In this document: positions 32,016 to 41,446 of the stretch, piece after piece
Position numbering within the stretch: the stretch's first letter is position 1
How the letters are laid out: the number at the start of each line of letters is the position of its first letter
Origin: Promethearchaeia archaeon
Lineage (GTDB): Archaea > Asgardarchaeota > Lokiarchaeia > Sigyniarchaeales > SOKP01
Reading direction: 5' to 3'
DNA: 64,000 nt
Assembly (NCBI GenBank): GCA_029856105.1
Contig: JAHQWH010000155.1
Coordinates: 1-64,000 of the forward strand
Translations under genes and position numbers: made by a program
The notes under the pieces: model-generated
Database searches by the model: none
What the model was told of the DNA's origin: nothing
Seen by the model: the letters and a program-made list of their open reading frames with translations, nothing else

Positions 32016-33212
32016 ATTTCTTTTAATTTCGAATTAATCTCGTTAGAAAAATCTTTTGAAGAAAGACCAGAAATATCTATAGATGAAGATGTTAAAAAAT
32101 TTAAAGAATTCATTAAAGAAAGAAGAGCTAAATGGACTGAAGAAGAAAAGATCGAACTTGAAACAGACAAATTTGATAACGATGAGAGTTTAAGAAACAC
32201 AAATTCATTATTTAGTGAGATGAACCATCGACCATTAAAGGGTGAATTGTTCGATTATATAAATAACGATTGTAAAATAATTGGTTTTGATGAGAGTTCA
32301 AATACACTCAGTGGAACTTATGCTAGATTAGCTTCTTTCAAATTTGGAGAATGTCAAGTAACTTTTAAAGATGGAAAATATCACAAAGAAAAGATTATGT
32401 ATAAACCTATTACAACCTACATTGAAGATAACGAACATAAGCTTATTATATATAAGACTGTAATTGAAAATTTCGTAAAAACAATAAAACGGAATTTTTA
32501 CAAAAGTAATTTGAAAGATAAAGTTGATAAATTAGAAGAGTGGTACGAGTCGACATATAAAAAAAAGATTGAAGAGCATATCAGTGCACACTCTTACTAT
32601 TACCCAACAATGGGACATGTAGTAGATAGGATAAGAACTGCTGATGAAATTTTAAAATCTTTAGTTAGGATTAAAGAAGAAAGTAATTGGGGGAAAAATA
32701 AAAATGTTGTATTTCTTGGAGATGGCATTCAAATGTTTCGCCAACATATTTTTCCTCCTGTCGCATTCACGGAATTCTTTTATAGGTTCATTCAATCGTA
32801 TGAAATTAATTACTATAGTTTTTCGAAGACATGTCGCTTAAGGGATGCTCAAGGTAATTTTTTATTGCCAATATGGTCAGAGATATATGAGGATAACTTC
32901 TTAGTTGAATTACCGGATCTTTCTAAGTATACTAAAAGTAAAGCATATCTTACGAGGTTGCAAAAAGATAGCTCAGCTCTTAGATTTGATATCTGCGATG
33001 ATTTAGATACAAAAGACGCAAAGTATATTTTAAAGAATTTGATTCCATATTCTCCACAAGGGTATCCCCTTAGTTTGGTGGGGGCACACGAAGCAAGTAC
33101 TTTATTGGTGTCGGAATATAATAAGTTTGATGCGGCTTTCATGGAACTTCAATACGATAAAAAAACAAAAAAATACGCTCAAAAATGGAGACAAAAAGTA
33201 TTAGGAAAATAA
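32016..33212 (+). CDS. nurA: NurA 5'-3' nuclease; frame open from 32010, probable non-ATG start
   Basis: IGFDES, FLGDG, FSKT, GYPLSLVGAH; 70 in-frame codons upstream of the ATG at 32220, preceded by AGGTGA at 32004-32009. Confidence 0.8.
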   Translation: MSFNFELISLEKSFEERPEISIDEDVKKFKEFIKERRAKWTEEEKIELETDKFDNDESLRNTNSLFSEMNHRPLKGELFDYINNDCKIIGFDESSNTLSGTYARLASFKFGECQVTFKDGKYHKEKIMYKPITTYIEDNEHKLIIYKTVIENFVKTIKRNFYKSNLKDKVDKLEEWYESTYKKKIEEHISAHSYYYPTMGHVVDRIRTADEILKSLVRIKEESNWGKNKNVVFLGDGIQMFRQHIFPPVAFTEFFYRFIQSYEINYYSFSKTCRLRDAQGNFLLPIWSEIYEDNFLVELPDLSKYTKSKAYLTRLQKDSSALRFDICDDLDTKDAKYILKNLIPYSPQGYPLSLVGAHEASTLLVSEYNKFDAAFMELQYDKKTKKYAQKWRQKVLGK

Positions 33213-33251
33213 ATGTTTTTAATATAAATGATTTTAGGATAAGGGATTTAA

Positions 33252-34562
33252 ATGATTAAAATTGTACACATATCTGATTCTCATCTAGGTTATAGAACAA
33301 GAAGAGGTACAACAAATAAATGGGCAATACAAAATTATTCTAAACCTTACGAGCAAGAAATTTACGATTTGTTTCTAAAGGTTATGGAAGATATTTCTAA
33401 GATTAAAGATTTGGACTTTTTAATTCATTGTGGTGACATGTTCCACAATCCTTCTTTATTTAGCTCATATCCTCCACCAGAGCCCGCAAGAAGAACTTTT
33501 AAAGAGGGTTTAGAAATTTTTTTTAAAAACACTAAAAATCAAACCCCTTTCATTTATGTTGAAGGAAATCATGGAGTCTTTAGAGGTTATGAGTATACGC
33601 CGTTTGAATCCCATATACAAAAAGATGAATACCCAAATCTTCATTATTTTAAAGGTCAAGATTTAACTAATGCCATTAATAATAACCAACCTTTAAAGTT
33701 AGAATTTCCCTTAAAAGAAGTGAGATTTTACTTGTTCCCTTTTTTTGAATTTAAATATTTTGAGACATATGAAGCCGCATACGATAAATGGGTAGAACTA
33801 CAGCGACCAAATAAAAACGACGATTTTATTAATATTGCGGTTGCGCACGGTTCAATTGCCGACGGCACTTTACATAGAAAAGTCAATTCTGATGATTTTG
33901 GATATGATTATGTAGCTCTTGGGCATGAACACGGATTAAAAAAGGTTTCCAAGAATCACTATTATTCAGGAAGCTTGCTCCCAATGAATTTTAAAGAAGC
34001 TTACGAAAAACAAGGGTATCTAAATGTAGAAATAGATAAAAAAGCTAAAATCTTAAATATTGAAGAAATCTCTACAAGTGAGTTACTCAAAAGAACTTTT
34101 GAGATTATCCAAATTGACGCTAGCCCTCAACATACTTCCGCAGATTTAGAAGTTCTCATCAGAAATGAATTGAATCCGTTCATCTCTGCCGATGGATTTG
34201 ACCCCAAAACTGCTGCTAGGCTGAAATTCAATTTTAAAGGGGAAATAACATTCAAAAAAAATTGGCAAATTAACGATTTAATGACGAAAATCCGGAGCGA
34301 ATCTTTTTCTCAATCTGATAAGTTTAATATTCTTCAAATAATCTGGAAGATTTTCGATAGATCTGAGGATGCTGAGAACGACCTTAGCGCTGGCTTAATT
34401 CAGGATTATATATTAGAACACCCCGATGAAGAGTTTAAGGCTTTTGTTAAAGAAAAATTAACTGAGGATAAATCCCAGTTTGATGTAGACAAGCTAACTC
34501 AATTCGGAATGAAAGCTTTAAAAAAAGCGTTAAAATTCATGGAAAGAGAAAAAGAGGTGTAA
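33252..34562 (+). CDS. mre11: Mre11 nuclease
   Basis: HISDSHLG, GDMFH, GNH, AHG, ALGHEH, YSGS. Confidence 0.93.
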   Translation: MIKIVHISDSHLGYRTRRGTTNKWAIQNYSKPYEQEIYDLFLKVMEDISKIKDLDFLIHCGDMFHNPSLFSSYPPPEPARRTFKEGLEIFFKNTKNQTPFIYVEGNHGVFRGYEYTPFESHIQKDEYPNLHYFKGQDLTNAINNNQPLKLEFPLKEVRFYLFPFFEFKYFETYEAAYDKWVELQRPNKNDDFINIAVAHGSIADGTLHRKVNSDDFGYDYVALGHEHGLKKVSKNHYYSGSLLPMNFKEAYEKQGYLNVEIDKKAKILNIEEISTSELLKRTFEIIQIDASPQHTSADLEVLIRNELNPFISADGFDPKTAARLKFNFKGEITFKKNWQINDLMTKIRSESFSQSDKFNILQIIWKIFDRSEDAENDLSAGLIQDYILEHPDEEFKAFVKEKLTEDKSQFDVDKLTQFGMKALKKALKFMEREKEV

Positions 34563-34565
34563 AAA

Positions 34566-36659
34566 ATGTACATTACAAAGCTTACATTTAAGAATTTCAT
34601 GGGATATAAGCAATTGAGCCTTCCTAAAAGTATTGAGGAATTTCCTAAAGGGCTAATACTCGTTAGTGGTAAAAATTCCTACGGTAAATCGAGCATTTTC
34701 GAAGGAATTGTGTTTGCCTTCTTTGGACCTAAAATATTTAAAGGTCGAAATGCCGCTTCCTTTATTACTTATGGGGAATCTAAAGCGGAGCTTACAATAT
34801 TTTTTACTTTAGACAACAAAAAATATAATATTTTTCGTAGATGGGGCAGAACCGGAGCTACAACTACAAAATTGTTTGAATGGGACAAATCTACTTACCG
34901 CGAAATAAAGAATTTTAACATTGAAAAATTTTTTGAAATTTCTTCCGAGCAAGCTTTAAGTACTGTATTTGTAAGGCAAGGGGAAGTGGAAGAATTGGCA
35001 AATAAAAAAGGTGCCGATTTAAGGGAAATGATAATTGACCTTTTTAGGTTAGATCTCATAGATGATGCGCTAAATTTTCTGGATGTCGAATCTAAAAAGA
35101 AAAGATTTAGTAAGGAAAATTTAGAAAGGAACAAAGTCCCAATTGAGCGAATTGAAGAAGATATTAATCGCATTACTCTTGAAAATGCAAACTTTGAAAA
35201 GGTTGTTAAGGAAAAAAAGAAAAAAGAAGAAGAATATGGACAAAAAATTAAAAAATATCCCTCAGATGAATTAATTACTAATTTGGAAAAGCTGTACAGT
35301 CAAAAAAATGTTGTTAACGATAAGTTTCTTTCGTATAGAAAGGATTTTGAAGAAAAGATTAAAAGTACAAAATTACACATTGAGGATTTTAAACATTTAA
35401 AAAAAATCGTAGAAAAAATTGAGAATAGTCTAAAAGAAAAGAAAGAATTAACCCTAGAAAAAGAACTTATAGAGAAAAGAAGAGAAGCTACTATTAGGGG
35501 TCTAGGAAAAACAAAAGGAAAAATTGAAGATAGTAAAAGGAAAATAAAAAAAATGGAAGATAGCTTAAAATTTACAACAAGAGAAGGGGGATTAGAAAGC
35601 GCTCAATGCCCCACTTGCCAAAACGAATTAACAAAAGAGCATTTTGACCAGATGATACTGGAATTTAATAAGGATCTAAAGATAAATGATGAAAAAGTTA
35701 AATCTATTACAAAAATAATAGATAATTTTGATGTAGAAATTAATTCGTGTCAAAACAAGTTAGAAAAAAGTAATGAAAGTGTTATAAGAATACAAGGTTT
35801 AAAGGACGACTTTGAAAATTACCAGAGATATGAATCAGAACTAAGGAAAGTTCAAGAAGAATTAGACGGTTTCCTTACGAAATATAAGTCAAAATTCGCT
35901 GATACTAAACCAGAAAAAATTAAATTACTCTCTATAGAAAAAGAAAAGCTTTACATCGAATTGAATGCAATTACAGTGGATATTAAAGAAAAACAAAATA
36001 ATATTAAGAAAAATATCGATAGGATTGTAGATTTACGTAGTGAGATTAATCATATGAAGAAACTGGAAAAAAAAATTGGAGAATTTGAAATTGATATTGA
36101 TCACATTAGTAAAGCAAAAGAATTCGTAAGGAGGTTTGTAACTGAATATATGGTCGTGAAGCGATTAGTAAAAAATATCGCATCAACTACAAATAAATAT
36201 ATTAAAGATTTTACTTCAGGTCAATATAGCGATCTAACTATTGACTTGTTCGGTACAAAAAAGACGGGATTATCGCTAAAAATCATGGATAATTTCAATG
36301 GCGTTCCTGAGTCAATAGAAGTCCTCTCTGGAGGAGACAAAACCGCTTTGGGAATGGCCTTACGTTTAGCAATATCCGAATTAATGAGCAAAATTCGACC
36401 TACGAAGGAATCACCAAAGAAAAATCCAAAGATTGACATTTTACTTTTGGACGAACCTTTAGCTGCGCTCGATGAGACCAGAAGAGAGCGAATTCTTAAA
36501 CACCTAATAAAATCAAAAACATTTTCACAAATTTTCCTTATTACCCATACAGCTATCCCATCAGATTTCAATACACATAAAATTATAGTTAATAAAGATC
36601 ATTCTACGGGCATAAGCACTGCAAGATTCGAGGAAGAGACAGCTCAAATTCTTTATTAA
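34566..36659 (+). CDS. rad50: Rad50 SMC-like ATPase
   Basis: Walker A GKNSYGKS, Q-loop RQGE, CPTC Zn hook in coiled coil, LSGG, LDEP, ITH. Confidence 0.95.
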   Translation: MYITKLTFKNFMGYKQLSLPKSIEEFPKGLILVSGKNSYGKSSIFEGIVFAFFGPKIFKGRNAASFITYGESKAELTIFFTLDNKKYNIFRRWGRTGATTTKLFEWDKSTYREIKNFNIEKFFEISSEQALSTVFVRQGEVEELANKKGADLREMIIDLFRLDLIDDALNFLDVESKKKRFSKENLERNKVPIERIEEDINRITLENANFEKVVKEKKKKEEEYGQKIKKYPSDELITNLEKLYSQKNVVNDKFLSYRKDFEEKIKSTKLHIEDFKHLKKIVEKIENSLKEKKELTLEKELIEKRREATIRGLGKTKGKIEDSKRKIKKMEDSLKFTTREGGLESAQCPTCQNELTKEHFDQMILEFNKDLKINDEKVKSITKIIDNFDVEINSCQNKLEKSNESVIRIQGLKDDFENYQRYESELRKVQEELDGFLTKYKSKFADTKPEKIKLLSIEKEKLYIELNAITVDIKEKQNNIKKNIDRIVDLRSEINHMKKLEKKIGEFEIDIDHISKAKEFVRRFVTEYMVVKRLVKNIASTTNKYIKDFTSGQYSDLTIDLFGTKKTGLSLKIMDNFNGVPESIEVLSGGDKTALGMALRLAISELMSKIRPTKESPKKNPKIDILLLDEPLAALDETRRERILKHLIKSKTFSQIFLITHTAIPSDFNTHKIIVNKDHSTGISTARFEEETAQILY

Positions 36660-36783
36660 TCTCTAATTCCTATTATAAAGGAAAATAATCTAATATTAGT
36701 TAAAATCCTAATTTTTTAAATGCATTAACATGAACATCAAGGAATAATAAAAAAAGAAAAATGGAAATTTAATATGAATTTGT

Positions 36784-36972
36784 TTATAAATCTCGTGCCT
36801 TAACGGTTTTTCTTCCATTTGCTTTAGCACGCCGAATAGCGTTGTCAATTATCTTTATTATTATAGCATTAAATGTATCTCCATCAAGCACGCCTGAGCT
36901 TGTGTTACAATCCTTTGCTTTTATATACTCTCGAACTTTAGATTTTACATATAGGGGTTCTACCTTAGCCAT
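36784..36972 (-). CDS. Short histone-fold protein (face-to-face type-like)
   Basis: LYVKSKVREYIK...AIRRAKANGRKTVKARDL; RKTV..RD motif ending at the C-terminus. Confidence 0.85.
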   Translation of the reverse strand: MAKVEPLYVKSKVREYIKAKDCNTSSGVLDGDTFNAIIIKIIDNAIRRAKANGRKTVKARDL

Positions 36973-37305
36973 TTTTTTTCTTCCTCTTCTTATAATTCTT
37001 ATAAAGTATTAAAAAATCAGATTATAATTGATTTTTTATTAATATTAATTTTGCCATCTGAGTTTTTAAATGTTTTGTCATATCTTAATAATCTTCCAAA
37101 TAATTTTCTAAATACTACATTATTTGAACCACTATGGGACTTAAGAAATTAATCGTAAATGTGCTATTTTATTGATGTAGAGTAAAAAAAATGAAATCCT
37201 ATTAACAAATCAAAACATTACGATTGAACTAAGAGGGGTAAATTAAGAAAAAAAAGAGTGGTTTTTTGGTATTTTGTTTTAGCGAAGAGAAATTTATTTT
37301 TTTCT

Positions 37306-37629
37306 CTATTTTGGAGGAGCAAGCACGATTTCAATGCTTGATACGTTGTTAGTTTGCCCACTTTCGCCTTCGAGCTGCTCTGTACTGAGGGTAATTCCTT
37401 TATATTCAGTTCCTTTTAAGAATCTATTTCTTAAAATCTCACATACATCAACCGCATGAGAAATAGCTCTACCTCTGGCCTTAACTGTGCAATCCACTCC
37501 TTTATTAAGGATCATCATAGTGGCCATAACATAATTCATAGTGGGACGTCTGCCAACGAAAACGCTGTTTTCCTCTTTTCGGGGCATTCGTTTTTTTACA
37601 TCCTTTACTTCCGTATTTTCTTCAGGCAT
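37306..37629 (-). CDS. albA: Alba DNA/RNA-binding chromatin protein
   Basis: VFVGRRPTMNYV, KARGRAISHAVDV, NVSSIEIVL. Confidence 0.95.
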   Translation of the reverse strand: MPEENTEVKDVKKRMPRKEENSVFVGRRPTMNYVMATMMILNKGVDCTVKARGRAISHAVDVCEILRNRFLKGTEYKGITLSTEQLEGESGQTNNVSSIEIVLAPPK

Positions 37630-37896
37630 TTTTTTTTCACTATTTTGTTTTGTATTTTTTGTATACTGTATCGTTGTATCTCGTAATTTTTTTATTACGA
37701 TTTAAACTACATTTTTTAAAATATTTTTCTTCATAAAAATTTTATTATCTTACTAATAATGTGATTTAATATTCGATACTCAGATTTTCAACTCATTTAA
37801 AGGTATTTTAGCGATCTGCTTTTCTAAAACAATTTTCAAAAAGATTTAAAATATAGTTTTTAGATTAAAAAAAAAATCAAAATAAATTATAAAAAA

Positions 37897-38121
37897 TTAC
37901 AAACTTTCTAATTTTAGTCCAAGAAACATTAACCACCATGCGAGAAACATTAGTATCGTTCCTATAATGCCCCAGGTTTCCGTGTGATTATATGTCCCAA
38001 GAGCTAGAGGGGGTAGTAGATCTGGAGTTACAAAGAATAAATTAGTTAATACATAAAATCCCCCTGCGAATAGGAAGGACGATAAAATTACAGTAAATTT
38101 CGTTATTGGAGTCCAAGCCAT
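37897..38121 (-). CDS. Small 2-TM membrane protein, paralog A
   Basis: MAWTP..K.TVI; 44/74 aa identical to 38525-38749; SD-like AGGTGA upstream. Confidence 0.85.
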   Translation of the reverse strand: MAWTPITKFTVILSSFLFAGGFYVLTNLFFVTPDLLPPLALGTYNHTETWGIIGTILMFLAWWLMFLGLKLESL

Positions 38122-38222
38122 TTAATATCACCTAATTTATCAAAGTAAAATGTGTAATTAATATTTATTAATTATTCCTAAATAAAAGTTTAATTTTTTT
38201 AAACAAGAAGTTCATATTTGAT

Positions 38223-38406
38223 TTAATCTAGTTCATTTGTTTTTGAGGGTTGTTTCTTAAAATTTGCTTGGTTTTTATCAATAGTTTTCTTTTGATCTTC
38301 ATCTTCATCTTGAAAAATATCCTGAATTATGCTTATCAGGAAGAACACTGATATTTTGACGAGTAAAGGAATTAATAACCCAGACTCCGTCAAAAGAACC
38401 TTTATT
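38223..38406 (-). pseudogene. Duplicated 3' fragment of the signal peptidase gene
   Basis: Translates IKVLLTESGLLIPLLVKIS...QDEDEDQKK...KTNELD*, matching the C-terminus of 38852-39517; no ATG and no catalytic region. Confidence 0.85.
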
Positions 38407-38524
38407 GATACTCAGATTTTCAACTCATTTAAAGAAGTTTTAGCAATCTGCTTCTCTAAAATAATTTTTAAAAAGATTTAAAATATAGCTTTTAGATAAT
38501 TAAAAAAAAAAATAATATGATAAA

Positions 38525-38749
38525 TTACATACCTTTTAATCTTACTCCAAGAAACATTAGAAACCAAGCGAAAAAAACTAATCCCATTCCTATAATGCCC
38601 CAAGTTTCGTTGGAGCTGAAGGTTCCAAGAGCTAAAATGGGCAGTACACCTGTAAGTCCAAAGAATAATTCAGTTAATACAAACAATCCTCCCGCTAATA
38701 CGAGGAAGGAGAAAATTACGGTCCATTTTGTTGGTGGAGTCCAAGCCAT
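38525..38749 (-). CDS. Small 2-TM membrane protein, paralog B
   Basis: Paralog of 37897-38121, directly downstream of sec11. Confidence 0.85.
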   Translation of the reverse strand: MAWTPPTKWTVIFSFLVLAGGLFVLTELFFGLTGVLPILALGTFSSNETWGIIGMGLVFFAWFLMFLGVRLKGM

Positions 38750-38851
38750 TTAATATCAACTAATTTTTTAAAATAAATTGTGTAATTAATATTTACTAAT
38801 TATTGATATTTAAAAGTTTAATATTTATAAATTAAAAAGTAAATATTTGAT

Positions 38852-39517
38852 TTAATTTAATTTATTTGTTTTTTGGGGTTGCTTCTCAAAATCTTCTTGG
38901 TTTTTATCATTTTTTTTCTTTTGATCTTCATCTTCATCTTGATAAATATCCCGAATTATGCTTATTACGAGGAACGCTGATATTATGACAAGTAAAGGAA
39001 TTAATAACCCAGATTCTGTTAAAACAATCTTTACCCATCCAATATATGGTATTCCACCTATTACTACTCCTATTATTCGGGACTCTGGGACAGGTGCTTG
39101 ATCAGGTAGCGAGTTAGCGTCCCCTTTAGTCTGGAAATACCATGTATCCCCTACTAAATACTTGTCAACTACACGATGGACAATGGGTTCTTCAGGAGCA
39201 CCCGCCCATAATCCACGAGCGTCAAATACTATAACATCTCCATTTTTATCTTCAGCTGTACCATTTACTATATCCTCAGGATTGGCCCCCGCTACGAATA
39301 ATAAGTCTCCTTCGCGAATACTAGGCTCCATAGAGCCAGAAACTACGATAACTATAGGAGCCTCAGTATTAAGAGCAACTTGTAAACTAAAATAGAGTAA
39401 AAAGGAGCCGAAGAACGCAATACATATCATTACAACAGCAATAATTACTTTTTTGTGAGATATGGGCTTTTTTTCTTTTTCTTTTTTTTCTGAGTTCTTC
39501 AGATTATTCGTATTCAT
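38852..39517 (-). CDS. sec11: Signal peptidase I, archaeal/ER type
   Basis: VVSGSMEP, GDL, GDVIVF, IVHRV, TKGDAN, IPYIG. Confidence 0.95.
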   Translation of the reverse strand: MNTNNLKNSEKKEKEKKPISHKKVIIAVVMICIAFFGSFLLYFSLQVALNTEAPIVIVVSGSMEPSIREGDLLFVAGANPEDIVNGTAEDKNGDVIVFDARGLWAGAPEEPIVHRVVDKYLVGDTWYFQTKGDANSLPDQAPVPESRIIGVVIGGIPYIGWVKIVLTESGLLIPLLVIISAFLVISIIRDIYQDEDEDQKKKNDKNQEDFEKQPQKTNKLN

Positions 39518-39755
39518 TTTTTAAAAATCTCCTTTCTCTTGTCTAAATAAATAAAGAAGCGAATATATATTTTGTTCTAACATTTATATGAGATTCAAAA
39601 TATCGAATCGAGTTATTTGATATACTTTTTTAATCTTTTTTATCTAGAAATAATTCTAGAGATAGTATTTTATAGAATAGCATCTTAAAATATTTGTATT
39701 AAACTAATTAAAACATTAAACATCTTAAAAACTCATATGGTTGAGGCTTAACTAC

Positions 39756-40271
39756 ATGTTTTTAGAAGATCCGGTCTTAAAAGAATATATTGTTGATGAT
39801 ATTGTTAGAGAAGTTAATCAAAAAGGATTGAATATCGAAAAGATTTACGTAGAGAGTTTTATCGACAATTTTCTTGGCGAATACGAACGATTACCAAAAA
39901 GAAGTGAGATTAATCCTATTGTTTCAAGTTATATTAAAATGATCGAAGATAGCACACCAATAATTGAAATATCTCAAAATTCTGATGAATTTAATTCAAA
40001 GACAAATGTGATTGAACCAGTTGTAAAAAGTTTTATCCAGAAAAAAAACTTAATTAACTCAATTAAAAGTGAAGGGCTTTTCTGTCGCACAGGAGAAATG
40101 TTAGTTATTCCAAAACCAGAGGGGCGCAGATTATGTCCAATATGCGATAACGAAAACTGGTACAAAATCCATGAAACAATCGATCGAACGGATATTATTT
40201 GCGATTATCCTAAAATTTACGGAAAGAAATATACGTGTAGCGGTTGCGGAACTGTTTGGAAAGAGAAGTAA
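39756..40271 (+). CDS. Hypothetical protein with C-terminal Zn ribbon
   Basis: RRLCPIC...KIYGKKYTCSGCG; ATG at 39756 follows an SD-like GAGG. Confidence 0.7.
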   Translation: MFLEDPVLKEYIVDDIVREVNQKGLNIEKIYVESFIDNFLGEYERLPKRSEINPIVSSYIKMIEDSTPIIEISQNSDEFNSKTNVIEPVVKSFIQKKNLINSIKSEGLFCRTGEMLVIPKPEGRRLCPICDNENWYKIHETIDRTDIICDYPKIYGKKYTCSGCGTVWKEK

Positions 40272-40460
40272 ATTCTGCAAGATAAACGTTACAAGTCTTA
40301 ATGATTAAGATAAGTTGCGTTCCTTTCCCTCAATAAAGCGTTCAACTTTGAGGAAAATCTGATTATATTTCATAAGTTTTATAACTATAAATTTTAAATA
40401 GTTCAATGTTTAAAGTTAAACTAAAATAAAAAATTGAGTTTCTTTTATTAAAAATCAAGC

Positions 40461-41429
40461 GTGTTAATTATGGAAGCAGATTATGCGATAATTTATAATC
40501 CTGTTGCTGGAAAACCAGAACAGACTGAAAAAGATATAGAATATGCAAAAAAGTGTTTAGATGATTTAAACATTTCTTACAAGTTATTCAAAACAGAATT
40601 TGCAGGACATGCTATTAGTTTGGCTAACCAGTTAGCAAAAGAAGGGTATCGAGTCATTGGAGCTGGTGGAGATGGAACTTGCAATGAGGTTTTTCACGGT
40701 GTTATTAGCTCCAATTCAGGAGCTTTATGCGGGTTTATCCCAATGGGCTCTGGAAACGACATCCCTGCCGCAATTGGAATCACACCTGACATTAAAAGAG
40801 CGTGCGAAATTATAGCAGAAAATCATACTAGTAAATCAGATATTGGGTTTGCCAAAACGGACGAAGGAGTAGAGCGGTACTTTCTGGGCATTGGAAGTCA
40901 AGGATTTGACGCTGAAGTTGCGAGAAGATCAAATGAAAATAAAGAAAAAAATTATAATGCGATTATTCTAAAAACTTTATTCTCGTGGAAAAGTAGAGAG
41001 ATAAGGGTCACAATGGATAACGATACTTACGAAGGAATGGCAAACTTAGCAGCAGTAGGTAATGGAGGGGCTTATGGGGGCGGAATGTATGTATGTCAAA
41101 AAGCAAAAGTTGATGATGGGTTATTTGATATAAGCGTAGTAGATATTGGAAAATTTAAACTTCTTCTTCAATTTAAAAGGATGTATAACGCATCGCTTTT
41201 ACCCCATCCTAATATTTCTGAATATCAAAGCAAAAAAGTGAGAATTGAAATGAAAAATCCTGAAGATGAGCCTTACAACTGTCAAGTTGACGGCGAGGTT
41301 TTAGGACCCCTTCCAGTTACATATGAAAGTATTAAAGACGGCTATGAATTCATTCGTCCCAAAATTGACGAAGTCGCAGAAGCATTTAAAGAGAAGTATG
41401 GAAGATACTTCTATATATGTGAACATTAA
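40461..41429 (+). CDS. Diacylglycerol/lipid kinase (YegS/BmrU family)
   Basis: NPVAG, GGDGT, PMGSGND, GFDA, QVDGE. Confidence 0.92.
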   Translation: MLIMEADYAIIYNPVAGKPEQTEKDIEYAKKCLDDLNISYKLFKTEFAGHAISLANQLAKEGYRVIGAGGDGTCNEVFHGVISSNSGALCGFIPMGSGNDIPAAIGITPDIKRACEIIAENHTSKSDIGFAKTDEGVERYFLGIGSQGFDAEVARRSNENKEKNYNAIILKTLFSWKSREIRVTMDNDTYEGMANLAAVGNGGAYGGGMYVCQKAKVDDGLFDISVVDIGKFKLLLQFKRMYNASLLPHPNISEYQSKKVRIEMKNPEDEPYNCQVDGEVLGPLPVTYESIKDGYEFIRPKIDEVAEAFKEKYGRYFYICEH

Positions 41430-41446
41430 ATAATATTTTTTTTCTT

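Larger units (their letters stand above)
37775..39034. repeat. Diverged tandem duplication, two ~630-bp units (37775-38406 and 38407-39034)
   Basis: Both units begin GATACTCAGATTTTCAACTCATTTAAAG, carry a 74-aa gene and end in sec11 3' sequence. Confidence 0.9.
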
